Assembly (NCBI RefSeq): GCF_001194135.2
Contig: NC_068983.1
Span: forward strand, 15,796,359 to 15,845,019
Direction: 5' to 3'
DNA from: Octopus bimaculoides
Taxonomy: Eukaryota
Length of the DNA: 48,661 bases
The translations under genes and the position numbers were made by a program. Below the pieces are notes generated by a model that did no database searches, was not told where the DNA came from, and saw nothing but the letters and a program-made list of their open reading frames with translations. This document shows, in pieces, positions 23,909 through 38,975 of this stretch; within the stretch, counting starts at the first letter, position 1, and each line of letters begins with the position of its first letter.

Positions 23909-26900
23909 GAGAGTTAGCTTAATTTCACGAGATAGATACCACGAATATAATGTTATAGCGTCATAACAGAGTGAGATTTCAATTCTCCATTACTTTTGAC
24001 TGTAAAACGATCGGTCGTCTTGGCTGATATATACACCCACATCAATGTTACTGCAATAACTATACTGTAAATTAAATCGATGAACTAAAAACTTCTAATT
24101 CGTGAACGAGAGAAAAAAAAAACTTGTTCTTTTATTTTTATTTTAAGAAGTCAGAGTTTACTTCCATATCCAACTTCCTCATGAATGAGATAAATTTACA
24201 AGCTCAGTATACATGTTGTACAGGTGTAACAGTCTTTTCTACTCTAAGCACAAAACCCGAAATTCTTGGGGAGGGGGCAAGTCGATCAGATCAACCCTAG
24301 TACGCAACTGGTACTTAACTTATCGACTCCGAAAGGATGAAAGGCAAAGTCGACCTCGGCGGAATTTGAACTCAGGACGTAAAGGCAGGTGCAATACCGC
24401 TAAGCATTTCGCCCGGCGTGCTAACGTCTCTGCCAACTCGCCGCCTTTGTACAGGTGTAATATGTATGATTTTTGTGGTTGCTGTATACCAGAGTCATTA
24501 AGAAGTTCGCTTCGCAACCAGAATATCACGTGTTCGATCCCATTGCATGGAATCTTGGGCAGATATCACTTTGTATAGCCATGGGTCGGTTAATATCTTG
24601 AAAGTGAAATCGGGTAGATGGAAACTGTATAGAAGGCCATCAGGTGGATTGTACCCGCAATTTAAAATAATACAGCTTTGTCACACGTAGTGCCACGCCG
24701 ATTCTGCATGAGAATTACTTAAAGGTGCCTATGCCTCTGGAATACTCAGCCACTTACAGGATAATTTAGGAGCAGGTAATTCAGTTGATAGAACCATTGA
24801 ATCCTCGTCGTCGAATAACGTAGATCCACCACCACCAAATCACCACCACCACCAAATCACCACCACCACCACGACCATTGTGCATGATTTACGGGTGTAA
24901 TATATATGTTTTACAGGTGCAATATGAATACACAAAAATTGAACAACTCAAACATAAAGTGGTGTTTCAAATTAAAAAAATGGAATTTTGGACAGAGAAT
25001 CCGGTAAGTTATTTCACTTTTTCAGTCATGCAAATGCATTTTCCGGTTTCAACTTTATAACAGTTTTATTATTTTTTTACTGATAAAACTTAGAGAAGAT
25101 TTGGCAGTTAAGGATACTCATCAATGTGCATTAGCTAATTTCCATCGCATGCCGACATCACAGGCCACCTCTTTAGTTACTCTAAGATTCTTGACCTCAT
25201 TAAGTCCTAGTTAGAACTATACTATTGATTTTCCTGGCGTAGTTTGGCCGATAAATTGAAATAACGTTATTTTTGCTATCTATATCAAAGGTCACGAGTG
25301 GACAGAATCGTGAGATCCTCGAACAAAAATACCTTTCAGTATTTAATTCTGGCACTTTACATTTCATGTTCAAATCTGCTGAGATCAGCATTTTATTTTA
25401 TACACATCGAGTAGAAAAAAATAAAACACCAATCAAGTACTGGTGTCGGCATCAGCGATTAACCTCTCCCCACAAAATTTTTGGCCTTGTACTTAGGTAA
25501 ACGAATTATATATGTACCAATCTTTATTTACGCTCCAATTTCTTTAAAACAACGTACAGATGGAAGCATAAAAATATATTATCTGAAATATTGGTTTCGA
25601 ATTTTGGTACGTGCCAGCAATTTCGAAGAAATGGATAAATCAATTACAACGGCTAGTACTTATCTTATCGACCCCGAGAGGATGAAATGCAAAGTCGACT
25701 TCGGCAGCATTTGAACTCAGGACGTAAAGACAGACAAAACGCCGCTATGCATTTTCCCCCGGCGTGCTGGCGATTTTCCTAGCTCGCTACCTTACCTAAA
25801 TTTAAAATATTAAGAATATTATGCGTAATTTAAAGGCGGCGTCTCTTCCGACTTTACGAACTGAGTTCAAATGCTGCCGGGGTCGACTTTGCTTTTCATC
25901 CTTTCGGGATCGATAAAATAAGTACCACTTGAATACTGGGATCGATATAACGGATGCATGTGGGTTTGTATATTTTCAATGTCTCACTTTACATTGATGC
26001 TACTTTATATAAAGCATATGATACCTTCGTTTATGGCCCGTAAACTCGTAAACTTAGTGTTGTGATAAACAAAAATCATTAAGAAACTACCAGACTTTAA
26101 AAAAAAGTAGTGAGATTAATTTGATTAATAAAAAAAGCCCTTCAATGTGATGTCCCAGCGAGACCACAATCTTATGACTAAGAATGAAACAAGTACAGAA
26201 AATATCTCAACTTTCTTTTTATACCCATCCATCTTTTGTATTTTCGTAATATATCGCTTCTGTTTGAGACAGCGAGTTCGCAGAACTGCACAACGGGCAA
26301 ATTGCTTAGCGGCATTTCGTCTGTCTCTATGTTCTGAGTTCAGATTCCACCGAGGTCGACTTTATTTTCATCCTTCCGAGATAGATAAATAAGTACCGGT
26401 TGAGCACCGGAGTCGATGTAATAGATTTACTTCTCCCCAAAAGTTTCTGGCCTTGTACCAAAAATTTAAAACCGATATATTCTTTTCTGTTTAAATTACA
26501 TCATTCTAGCCATCTTTGTTTTCTCAATCTTCTTTGATTTTACATTCTAACATTTAAAAAATTCTAATAGTCTTTCAGTCTTTCTATTATCACTTCCATA
26601 CTCTTCTATTCATTATTCTCTCAATGATTCTACACTAGTTTTATCAGTCTCCTCTTCACTTCTTCAAACCAAGAAACATTAACATTCGTATAATTTATTA
26701 TTGTTGCTGTTTTCTTTGAAGAGCTGGTTTCTGTTATCAAACAAACTGAACACGATGTTAAGTTCCCTTTGTAAATGGAACGCGGACAAAGAACCTTTTG
26801 ATCTCGTTTATCTCATTACAGGGTATTGTATAATTCATTTCCCTATCAAGTTTCTTGAAAATATTTATTTTAAATAAATAATTATTAACGACCGAAGCAG

Positions 26901-29900
26901 AATAAATGCCAAAAGGCAATCTTTATATCCAACGTAATGTGGATACTGTGGTATTTACCTTGAAAAGACCTTTGACGTGAACGTACGGTGAATAAAAATA
27001 CACATGTTTATATCGTTGGCAGACGAGAATTGTCGGCTACGGGCGCTGGAACTGCATACGGGAGGTTCTCTCAAGGTAAATAGCTGAGTATTCAGTATTC
27101 TAATTAAACAACTACTTTAAGTTGGATATAAAGATTGCCGTATTTTTAATATTTATTTTCAAATTTAGATTGTATCACATCATGTGATGGGTAATGCTGG
27201 AAATATACTTTTGCCTCAGTAGATAATATAATGTAAAACCACAGACGTAACTGGCAAGCAAGCATGGTCTGGTGATGTGTACCACGATTTAGCTAGTGTT
27301 TTTAGGGACGTATGTAGGCCGTGAGCAAACATACACATTTTTGCAGCCCTCTCAACTCTTGACCTCGGTGAATATTGAGGATATGCAGCTGGATGAGAAA
27401 AGGACTGCACGAGCACGAAGCTGAATAGATTGGACCAATGTGAAATGAAGCGCCTTGCTCAAGGACATACGTTACCTGGTCCAAGAATCGAACCCGCGAC
27501 CTTATGATCATGATCCCAACACCTTACACACTAGACTACGTACCATCGTTTAATGTAATATTACATAGGTATAATAGTTATAATATTACTTTTTAAAATA
27601 ATATTTCACGGTGATTGTACAAAATAAAAAAATGCAAAATGAATACCAATTTTCGAAAATGAAAATATTTATTAGATTAAATTCAAATTAAAAACATATT
27701 TCTCAATTGTATTTAATCAAAAAATATGTTATCAATATAAATAATAATGTTTACGGAGATGCACTTGCATAGCAAGTGACCTGATCTGAGATCGTGTGCT
27801 GGAACGAAAACAATTGCAGCGTGGAAGGTATTTATAAGCCATTTAAAATAACACACAAAATCCGTTAGATTCACTTCAACATTTAAATTTAATTTGTCAA
27901 AATATTTTCGTCGCTTTGAGACCGCGACCTGTTCACCCGAGACCGCGACCTGTTCACCCGAGACCGCGACCTGCATCTCAGATGCAGCACAGAATTTTGT
28001 CAGAATTTAAATGTTGAAGTGAATCTAACGGATTTTGTGTGTTATTTTAAATGGCTTATAAACACCTTCCACGCTGCAATTGTTTAATAATGTTTAACTA
28101 TCAAATAACTAGATGTAACATTAGTTATTTAACACTACTTACATTGTCAAAACTGTATTCCCAACATTATCTGTCATATGAAAAATAACACCAAATACAT
28201 AGTAACTAAGGAAGATAAATCAAATACGTTCATAATTATCTTCTTTCGGAGGCGGACAGACTGAGAGGGCGGACAAACGGTGACAGACAAACTGCCAGTA
28301 ACATTAATAGATTTTTTTCGTTATCGTCATCGCTGCCATCATAAAATTAACTTATTATATGTAATAATTAAATTACATAGTATGCACTCTATTGTGTTTA
28401 GTAATGCTTGTGATCTCCAAATCCGCGGAAATAGTGTTTTATATGAAACCGGTCCATGATGCAAAAAGGATTTGCGACAGCTGCCTTAGAGGATGGGATG
28501 GTCATGGCTAGAAGGTTTTTCATCATAAGCCTGTTTATTCAGTCAGTATATGTTTGGGTGAAGGGGATGAATAACAGTAATAACAACGTGACTCAGTGTG
28601 TGACAAAAATTGTATCTTGGGTTGTTCCTTTAAATTACTGGTATAAGCCAGCCATCAGACGTCCTCGCAGTTTTCCTTTACCAATTTTCCTACAAAGCTA
28701 GGTTTCGGTTGCTTAATCAAGCAGTGTGATATTCTTGAGCGAAAAAAAAAATAGTAATAATAATTTCACGTTGCCCCAGTTCACTTAGCTGTAAATGAAT
28801 AATCCTACGACGTATTGGTATCTCATTCAGGGAGATTGTTTAATTTCGGTCACTTAATCACCATGGAAACCAGGTAACCGGTCTCACGAGTCCCAAAACT
28901 CGATGATAGTAATGTCCAAGACACTTGCTTGACTCTTGACCCAACTTGAAGTGATTTACCCAAAATGCCATGTTGTGAGATCGAATCTAGGATCTCGTGA
29001 TTGTGAACGAATGTCATCATAATTGAGCTATGTTGTATCCATTATTTTTAATGTATGCAATGTCATGAAATATTGCAGGTAGCTCACTCGACTTTGCACC
29101 CGTTCATTGTCTTCTTGGCCAAGTAAAAAAAAGAATCTGATATCCTTAAACACTCAAGGCTGGCAGAATCGTTAGTACGCCGGGCGAAATGCTTAGCGGC
29201 TTTTCGTCTGTCGTTACGGTCTGAGTTCAAATTCCGCCAAGGTCGACTTTGCCTTTTATTCTTCTGGGGTAGATAAAATAAGCACCAGTTGAACACTGGG
29301 ATCAATTTAATCGACTTAGCCCCTTTCCCCAAACCTGTTGGTCTTGTGCCAAAATTTGAAACCAATATTTTAAACACTGAATCCTTGACGTTCTGTTTCG
29401 AATCCTATAGAGGTTGGTTTCGCTTTTCATCACTCTAGGCTCGATGAAACAAGTCTCGACAAAGTAGTAGGGTCAATTTCGTCTACTGTTCTTTTCCTTT
29501 CAAAATATGTGATTTTGTATCTATTTTGAACATTCGATAACATTTTCCAACGATAGTAATTTTGTTTCTCTTTCTAGGCATAGACCAATCTATCCCATTG
29601 GACTTGCATTTGTAGGTGGAGTATGCAGGCCAAGAAGTCGATGTGGGGTTTCTATGGGAGCAGCATGGGGAAGATACGTGGCCATCGCTCACGAAATAGG
29701 ACACATGTAAGTATATGAGAAGAATTTTTGAACTGCTATACTTTTTATGTTGAAAGTGAAGGTGCGTGGACTGGTGGTTAGGGTATTACACTCATGATCG
29801 TAAAATCGTGGTTTCGGGAATGGGCGGTGCATTGTGCTCTTGAGTAAAATACTTCACGTTGCTCCAGTTCATTCAGCTATAAATGACCCCACGACGGATC

Positions 29901-30306
29901 GGCGTCTCGTTCAGGAGGAATATATGATTTTGGTCACTTATATTCCTTGACAACCGGGTCCTATGAGTTCTAGAACTCGAAGACACTGATGTCGAGGGGT
30001 CTTACATTACTTTTTCTTTTATGTGAAGGCGCGAGTCTTAATGATTAAGATGTTGAACTCACGATTGTAATTTCGCTGTTTTGAACTTCAGAATACGCGT
30101 TGCGTTCTGGTCGCGAACAGAACACTTTATTTCACGTTATTACAGTCCAATCAACTGAAAACGAGCTCCAGTAACAGTGGCGAGTTAACCCTGCGATGGA
30201 TTGGCGTCTTGTTCGGAGGATAATTTTGTACTTTCAGTTGCTTATACGGTATAGAAAACGAGATGGACTCTGATTTAATGGACCTGTAACCTCGTGGCAG
30301 ACCAGG

Positions 30307-30392
<86 letters not shown>

Positions 30393-32970
30393 AACTTTTA
30401 TTGAGTTATTAATTTGTAACACCTAAATCAAATATCTCTTACAACCCAAAACCAATACTGTCAAATACATGCGAGCAACAATATATGTCAACTAATAAGG
30501 CAGCGAGCTGGCAGAAACGTTAGCACGCCGGGTGAAACGCTTAGTGGTATTTCCTCTGACTTTACGTTCTGAGTTCAAATTCCGTCGAAGTCGACTTTGC
30601 CTTTCACCCTTTCGGGGTCGATAAATTAAGTACCAGTTGCGTACTGGGGTCAGTCTAATCGACTGGCCTCCTCCCGCCAAATGTCGGGCCTTGTGCCTAG
30701 AGTAGAAAAGAATATGCATCAACTAATAGTCAGTGTTAACGTGATATGAACTGCTTTAATAATTCAGTTATGTATTCTTTCTAGTTGACTTTTGATGTGT
30801 TTAAACTGAAATCATTTTTGAAATCTATTTTCTCTTTATGTATTCTAGTTTGGGGATGCCTCATGATGCCAATACTCCGTGCAAGTCATACCCGAGTGTC
30901 GACAGAGGATTGATGGGTGGCAAAGGGACAGATTTCAGTAATTGTTCTGTAGAAAGATTTGAAAAGAAAATCTCGTAAATAAGAAATTTGATCTTTTTAT
31001 TATTTATTTCCTCCTATTTCCAAGGTTATTCAGTGAATAATCATTTGATTATACATTTACTATTCTTTTTTCTCATTTTCCAGTGATGTGTAAATTTCGA
31101 GGTAACAGTCTGAGTTAAAATTTTGTTTATGACGTGGGTAAATGATTCTTAACCAAGTCAACATTTGCATGAATCATTTTTGCTGTATATACAAAGCGAT
31201 GAGTGGGTGGAAAGTTTATATCTTTAACACCCTAATATCTATCGACTCATAACAGATTCCCAAACATATTTTCTATTGTCAGCGCTACTTTGATGTCAAC
31301 GATCAAAAAGAAATCTAAATTTTCAATGATTAATAAGGAGGGTGTTATATTTCGATTGCTATCCACTAATCTTGATTGTGTTGGTGTAGGTGGTAAAATA
31401 ACAAAAACAAATAATCATAAAAAGAATCATAAAAAGAATAAAAAACAAATAATCATAAAAAGAAAAATGAAACCATCCTCAAGATATCATTCAACCATGG
31501 TAGTGGTTGAATATATTCTTAAGTCTACCATTTCGTCAATCGCAGCAGATTCCAAGCTTCACCACTAATTCAGTCCTCAAATAAATTGCAAACTGGTAAT
31601 AGTTTTAAAGAGGATACCTACACAGCTACACTTTGGCATAGATAGTTTGAGATTTGATTCAGTAGAAAAAAAGTTACATCAAAATGTGTCAGACCTCAAG
31701 TGGGCAGTAAGGCAGATATTCATCTTCAATTAACATAATTTTTTAAATTTTAAATTAAAAGTATACTTTTCTTAGGCTTAAATGATTGTAAAAATGCAAG
31801 AGGAATTCAGAATCGTTAGTCGCATTGAACAAAAATTAGTAGAAAAACAGTTATGAGGTAAAATGTTATGAAATTTAATGTCAATAAGTGAGGAAGTAAG
31901 AAGTAACGCTTAAGCAATAAGAATAAAGAATATATTTCTAAATGAATACTTATACGCTAAAACGGCGAGCTGGCAGGAACGCTAGCACCCTGGATGAAAT
32001 AGTTAGCGGTATTTGAGCTGTCTTTACGTTTTGAGTTCAAATTCCGCCGTGGTCGACTTTAACGTACAGATTATTTAATTAATTATTTTATTAACTAAAC
32101 ACTTTCAAACTGCCGATACTGGTAGAATGTGTCACATAGAAGAGGGTTTATTCTTAACGTTTTTGACAAAATTTTGTATTTTAGAAGCGGTATTTCGTCT
32201 GTCTTTACGTTCTGAATTCAAATTCCACCGAGATCGACTTTGCCTTTCATCCATTTCGGATCTATTCAATTTGACGTACAGATTATTTAATAAATTTTTT
32301 TCAACTAAACACTTTCAAACTTCCGATACTAGTAGAATGTGTCATAGAACAGAGTTTACTCTTAATGTTTTTGACAAAATTTTACATTTTAGAAGTTATT
32401 TCGTCAGAAGTTACAGAGTGACAATGGACAAATTCGTGTTTGATAAGTGCCAATACACGAAACTCTCTAACTTCTGCCGATGATATACATGCATATTACA
32501 TATATGTGTAAAAAAATCTCATCATGCAATCGAACCAATGAAAGAGCCTCTACCTGGTTGCTCGACATACTAGAAATAGCAGCCAAAGTATCCCCCTACC
32601 TAAATCACACGCCCTTTGTATGGAATATCCTAGATTATCCCTAAAAAGACGGTTTGCTGAAGACTGGAATGTCTTTGATGATAGCTTTGAAGTATCAAGG
32701 TTGATGTGAGGCTAAATAACAACAACATTATGGTAAATTTCTATATTAATACCCGCACGATTTTCACTAAGAAAAGAAAAATTGATCTTTTGCGTGGAAT
32801 CAAGTACCCTGACCTCCTAATATGCTGCAAATCCCTTATTTTGGTTCGGAAAAAATGAGGTGGCATATAAAAGCTCCTATTTCATTATGTCGACTATGAT
32901 TTAATGATACCAACTTGCAATAGCAGTTTTATGGGGTTGGACCGAGTTGTGTCGATATAATGTACGATAA

Positions 32971-33041
<71 letters not shown>

Positions 33042-33752
33042 GTAATAATAATAATAATAAAAACAATAATAATAATGATAATCCATGGATNNNNNNNNNN
33101 NNNNNNNNNNNNNNNNNNNNNNNNNNNNNNNNNNNNNNNNNNNNNNNNNNNNNNNNNNNNNNNNNNNNNNNNNNNNNNNNNNNNNNNNNNNNNNNNNNNN
33201 NNNNNNNNNNNNNNNNNNNNNNNNNNNNNNNNNNNNNNNNNNNNNNNNNNNNNNNNNNNNNNNNNNNNNNNNNNNNNNNNNNNNNNNNNNNNNNNNNNNN
33301 NNNNNNNNNNNNNNNNNNNNNNNNNNNNNNNNNNNNNNNNNNNNNNNNNNNNNNNNNNNNNNNNNNNNNNNNNNNNNNNNNNNNNNNNNNNNNNNNNNNN
33401 NNNNNNNNNNNNNNNNNNNNNNNNNNNNNNNNNNNNNNNNNNNNNNNNNNNNNNNNNNNNNNNNNNNNNNNNNNNNNNNNNNNNNNNNNNNNNNNNNNNN
33501 NNNNNNNNNNNNNNNNNNNNNNNNNNNNNNNNNNNNNNNNNNNNNNNNNNNNNNNNNNNNNNNNNNNNNNNNNNNNNNNNNNNNNNNNNNNNNNNNNNNN
33601 NNNNNNNNNNNNNNNNNNNNNNNNNNNNNNNNNNNNNNNNNNNNNNNNNNNNNNNNNNNNNNNNNNNNNNNNNNNNNNNNNNNNNNNNNNNNNNNNNNNN
33701 NNNNNNNNNNNNNNNNNNNNNNNNNNNNNNNNNNNNNNNNNNNNNNNNNNNN

Positions 33753-33783
<31 letters not shown>

Positions 33784-36018
33784 ATATAGGGTATCTAAGA
33801 GATACCGCCACGCTGAAAATAACAGTCAAATCTTGACTCTAAACCACAATAAATGTTCATATAGCACGAAGAGCGAAGACGAAGATAAAATAAACTAGCA
33901 GAAATACTGGATAATTCCAGATCCCGGATTTCTGGCTATGCATAATAAATGCTTTGCCTTCATCAGTGGAATACACTCAGAAAAGTACATAAATACAAAT
34001 ATATATATATAAACATACAATATACTTACATATACGAATGTATACATACATATATATGCACGTATGCACACGACCAGTTTAAATTGCCCGCCTAAAAACT
34101 CTTAGATATCTCTTAGATACCCTATATTATAATTTTAAATAATTGTTACCTTTGATGGTTTTTATCCCCATGCTGGCCACTTGATAAGATCAATATTTTA
34201 AATATCGATCTTATCCTTATTTATATAAATTTATATATATATATATAGGTATGCATTTATGCATGTATGTGTGTATGTGCGTGCGCGCGTGTGCAATTCT
34301 AAATCGGAATATCAGCTTTCTGGAATCTTCTCCTAACTCATTCCTGCAGGTGTTGACATGATCCATATCAATCTCACTGGTCTCGGATTGGCCAACAAAA
34401 TTCTGTATATCTTTTGTTGTTTTGTTCTGGGTTTTTTTTGGGGAGTAATTACAGAAATTACCTTGAAATTTATTTACGCATTTAAAGGGTTAAAGGTATG
34501 GAATATTGATTTCAAATTTTGGCACACGGCTAGCAATTTGAGGGGAAGAGTAAATTGATTACATCAGCCCCAGTTTTCAACTGGTACTTATTTTATACGT
34601 ATTACAGAAGGAATATATTTTCCTTCTGTAATACTTTTTCAGTATCTCCTGTAAGTAGTTTTCATATCCACTGCTAAAAGAGTTTGATTTTTGCTGTGTA
34701 AAGATATATTTGATGAAATATGGGGGAAAAAAATTTTAACTTGAAAAGTGACACTGTGAGCGTCTTCACTTCTCACAATTTAAGGAGGGGATTTTTTCAA
34801 CACCGTGAGGGTAAAATCGCTTTCTGCGGTAAAAAAAAATAAAAAAAAAATTGAGCGGATATATCCGTCTTCTGCATTCAAAGGGTTATGTTCTGGGTGC
34901 AGATTATCTATCCTGGATCCACTTTTGGTCTTTCATCACTCTGAGGATGGATTAAATAAATACCAGTCAGAAACCGAAAGGATTAAATAGACGATACCTC
35001 CCCCACACCACTCAGTATTTCCTGGTTTTGTGACTTAAACAGAAATCAATTACATATGTTTCAGAAGTCCAAGTGGGCACTGTCTGTTTGTACAAAATAT
35101 CCCAGACGATGAAGTCCCAAAAGAACTTAAAGGTCTCGTTCTTAAAGATCTCACAGAAGGTAAGTCTCTAAAATATTATACGTTTCGGCTTTCACTTCTT
35201 TGTCAATTTTTTTTTTACTTATAAGCAGAAAACATACACACATACGCCCATACACAACCGTAGATGTATACGTTTTACATACGTGCATATAGACATTATA
35301 TGTATGTGTGTGTGTGTGTGCGTGCGTGCGCATGTGTATGCATGTATGACGTATGTTTCACAATGAAACGATGTTAGTGTTGTGAAATATGTAAATAAAT
35401 TTTCTGTCTTAGGGTTTACATTTATATTTAATGCTCCACCAACCCAAGCACCACTTAGTCCACGTATTGCAGTGACCTTTTTCAGTTACAGTCACAAATA
35501 AGAATGTAACTCAGAATATACTGTCAACTTGTGTGTGTGTATTCTCTTATTCTCTTATTCTCTTATTCTCTTATTCTCTTACTTGTTTCAGTCATTTGAC
35601 TGAGGTCATGGTGGAGCACCGCCTTAAAAGGTTTTAGTCGAAGAAACCGACCCCAGGACTTATTCTTTGTAAGCCGAGTACTTATTCTGTTGGTCTCTTT
35701 TGCCAAACCACTAAGTTACGGGGACGTAAACATACCAGCATCGGTTGTCAAGTGATGGCGGATAAATACACACACATACACACACACATACATACACATA
35801 CAGAAATATATATGTATATATATATATATNNNNNNNNNNNNNNNNNNNNNNNNNNNNNNNNNNNNNNNNNNNNNNNNNNNNNNNNNNNNNNNNNNNNNNN
35901 NNNNNNNNNNNNNNNNNNNNNNNNNNNNNATATATATGTACATATATATATGTATATGTATATATGTATATATATATATATTTTATATATATACATATAT
36001 ACATATACATATATATAC

Positions 36019-36087
<69 letters not shown>

Positions 36088-38703
36088 TGTATTATGCTTG
36101 TGTGTGTCCGTGCGTGCGTGCGTGCGTGCGTGTGAGTGTGCACGTGCGAGCGTGTGTGTGTAAGAACATATTTTTCAAAGATTTAAAAATTTATATTTAA
36201 CACATTTAAAAAGGTTTAATTGTATCACAACTTTTTGGGTTACAGAGCTGCGTTCTCCAGGCACCGTAGGTGGGTTACTGCCTTGTAATCGTCCAAGGAG
36301 TTTTTTTTTACCTAATACATTACGTGCTGTTATTTACCACTAGATTGAAATTCGAGATACATCATTAATTGAAGACTTATTTACATATTTCTCGATGGTT
36401 TTATTCTTATATCTTAAATGTTAGCAAACACTCTTTCCTGCTCGTGGGATTGAAGAGTCTAATTAGGATGGCTAAAAGTCGGGAAGTTGATTGGTGTAAT
36501 AGTTTCCCTACTGACTGAATTGCAGTAGATGCGTAGCGCAAGTCTTGCAGGGAAGCTTTACATCTCTTTTTTCGTTTAAGAAGTTTCGAACCTATGTATT
36601 AGGTTGGAAAGAAAGCTCTGTCGCATTCAAGTCAATATGTTGTCTTGCAATATCGAGCAATACTATTCTACAATTGATCAATGATAGGTGCTTTGTCTGA
36701 AAATTTCTGTACAATGCTTCCATTTGGCAACAATACTTCTCCACATAAACTGTTTCATCATGATTTTTACATTTCATGATAGGCAATACTCTTCATGTTC
36801 CAACAAACACAAAGTATAATATTTATTTTTGGTGTTATTCTGGTTTGGTCATAGATTCTTCTTTCTCATTGGGTGCCAACCATTGTCGTTTTCGTAGGAT
36901 ATGTATATAGAGAACCCATTTTTCATCATTCGTGATGATTCTATCCAAGAAAGGCTTGGTAGCAAGACGAAAAGAGGGGAAACTCTTTGATTAAACTGAG
37001 AAGCAGTCAGATAATGAAGGACGCATTGACCAAGTTTAGATAATTTTCCTACTTCATGAAGGTGTTTAAGGATCGAAGTAAGGCTTGAATTAAACTGTTT
37101 TGATAGTTTTTGATAGTTTTGGTAAGAGAAAAATTTACTGCACGAAATTGGCTAAAACCATTGTTTGTATGTTTGGACACTTAATGCTTAATTTCTTTAA
37201 TCATAAGGAATATTCCTTGTTACTTCCATTGCTGAATAGCCTCTTTGAAGCCATACAACATGCAGTGTCTGATATGGGTCTGATCTAAACTCATTTTAAA
37301 AGGGTAAACTCAATACGAGTTTAACCACTAAGGTATAAAGAAATCTGCCAAGAAAGAGAAAATCTTTAGAATATAAAAATTAGTGCTTATTTCACCTAAG
37401 TATTGAAAAAGTAACTTTGAAGTGATCGTGTCAAAAATACGACAAGGCTTTCGTTGCAACCCAGTATTAATGAGTATTATTAATAGATGAATAAGCATTC
37501 GAGATACATCGTTAATAGAAAACGTATTAACATATTTTTTATACTTCTATATCTACGCTCTCAATGTAAACATATTTCTTGCTTATTTATTACTTATCCG
37601 CATGGCAGTGATCAATGTCACTCATCATGAATATTGTGAGAAAAATGCCGGCATAGGCTATCGTTACCGTGAAAAGGAAAACATGAAGGTAAATAAAAAG
37701 TTTATTTTCTATAATAAGGCTGGTTTGTATAGAGTGCCAGCCAACAAAAAATACTTAAGCGATGCTCACTCTCTTGTAAGCATTTAGGGTCTGGTCTCTG
37801 GTTTGAGGATAATCTTTCTCCCTCCCACCAGCTTCGGATGCTCTGTAAAGGATCATAGGCATTGAGCCTCCCCTTCTAACTGAGCTATGAAAATAGTGTT
37901 GAAGTCAATATAATCGACTCTATCCTTGCTTTGGATCTGAATCATTGCATCTATGTTAGAAATCATTATTTCTATATGTGATAAAGTGACAAAAAAATCC
38001 ACACGAAATGTCTTTCATTTAAACATTTAGTTCTGCTTACTATGTTCCGAACTCGTCTCCCATTAACGTTCAATTTAGTTTTCATTTTCCCATTGTCAAT
38101 ATACTCAGTACTGAGGTCAATTCAATTGACTAGAATCCATTCTTTTAAAACAGTATCGTGCTTTTGTCAAAAAGAATAAAATAACCTTTTCTTTAAATAG
38201 TAAGTGTTTAGTCCTAAATCATCTCCGGGAATCGAACCTGCGACTTTGCAACCATCAGCCAAGCCACCATATCACATGCCTATACTGTTTTTCAATGACT
38301 CATCAAATGAAAAAAATCATATCTAGAGAAGGATGTGTGCACAAGAGATAAACCTTTTCTCCTATCTTTCCCGATCATCAGCTAACTTTTCCACCATTTT
38401 CCTATCCGGTCTTTGATGTTGCTCAACAAGTCTTCCTACATCTGTTTTAGTGAGGGTTTATCCATGCAAAGTCATATCTACTTGAGTAAGTAGCTTCCGC
38501 TGTAATATAAACTAGCAGTACCTAGTTATTCCACGGCCACGGTTATTTTGAAAATTGCTTTATTTATGTAATCGAACTGTCATCATAGATCTAAAACCTC
38601 ATCTGCCATATGTCACATCTGTTTTCTGCTAGATGATGGACTACAGCCATCGCCATACAACTTCAACTACAACAGCTAATACAATATTACAGTCGCTGGC
38701 ATT

Positions 38704-38757
<54 letters not shown>

Positions 38758-38944
38758 TTTATTTCCAGTATTCTTGTAATAGCGGATACTACTGTATTAA
38801 ACTGAAAGAAGGACCTGGGTTTGGTTTGATAACAAGAGAAGGTTCACAAGGTATTGTCGGAATGTATTGCGCCCCAGGAAAGGTATGTTGAATATACGTC
38901 TTTCTATTGGCCAAATATCATCATCATCATCATCATCATCATTA

Positions 38945-38975
<31 letters not shown>

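Noticed and set aside
27023-27075. Exon-like segment [17 protein letters not shown] with a fitting phase 0 to 2
   Set aside because: 26722-26822 has the same phases and carries the expected LCKW...D...LIT motifs; both cannot be used in frame.
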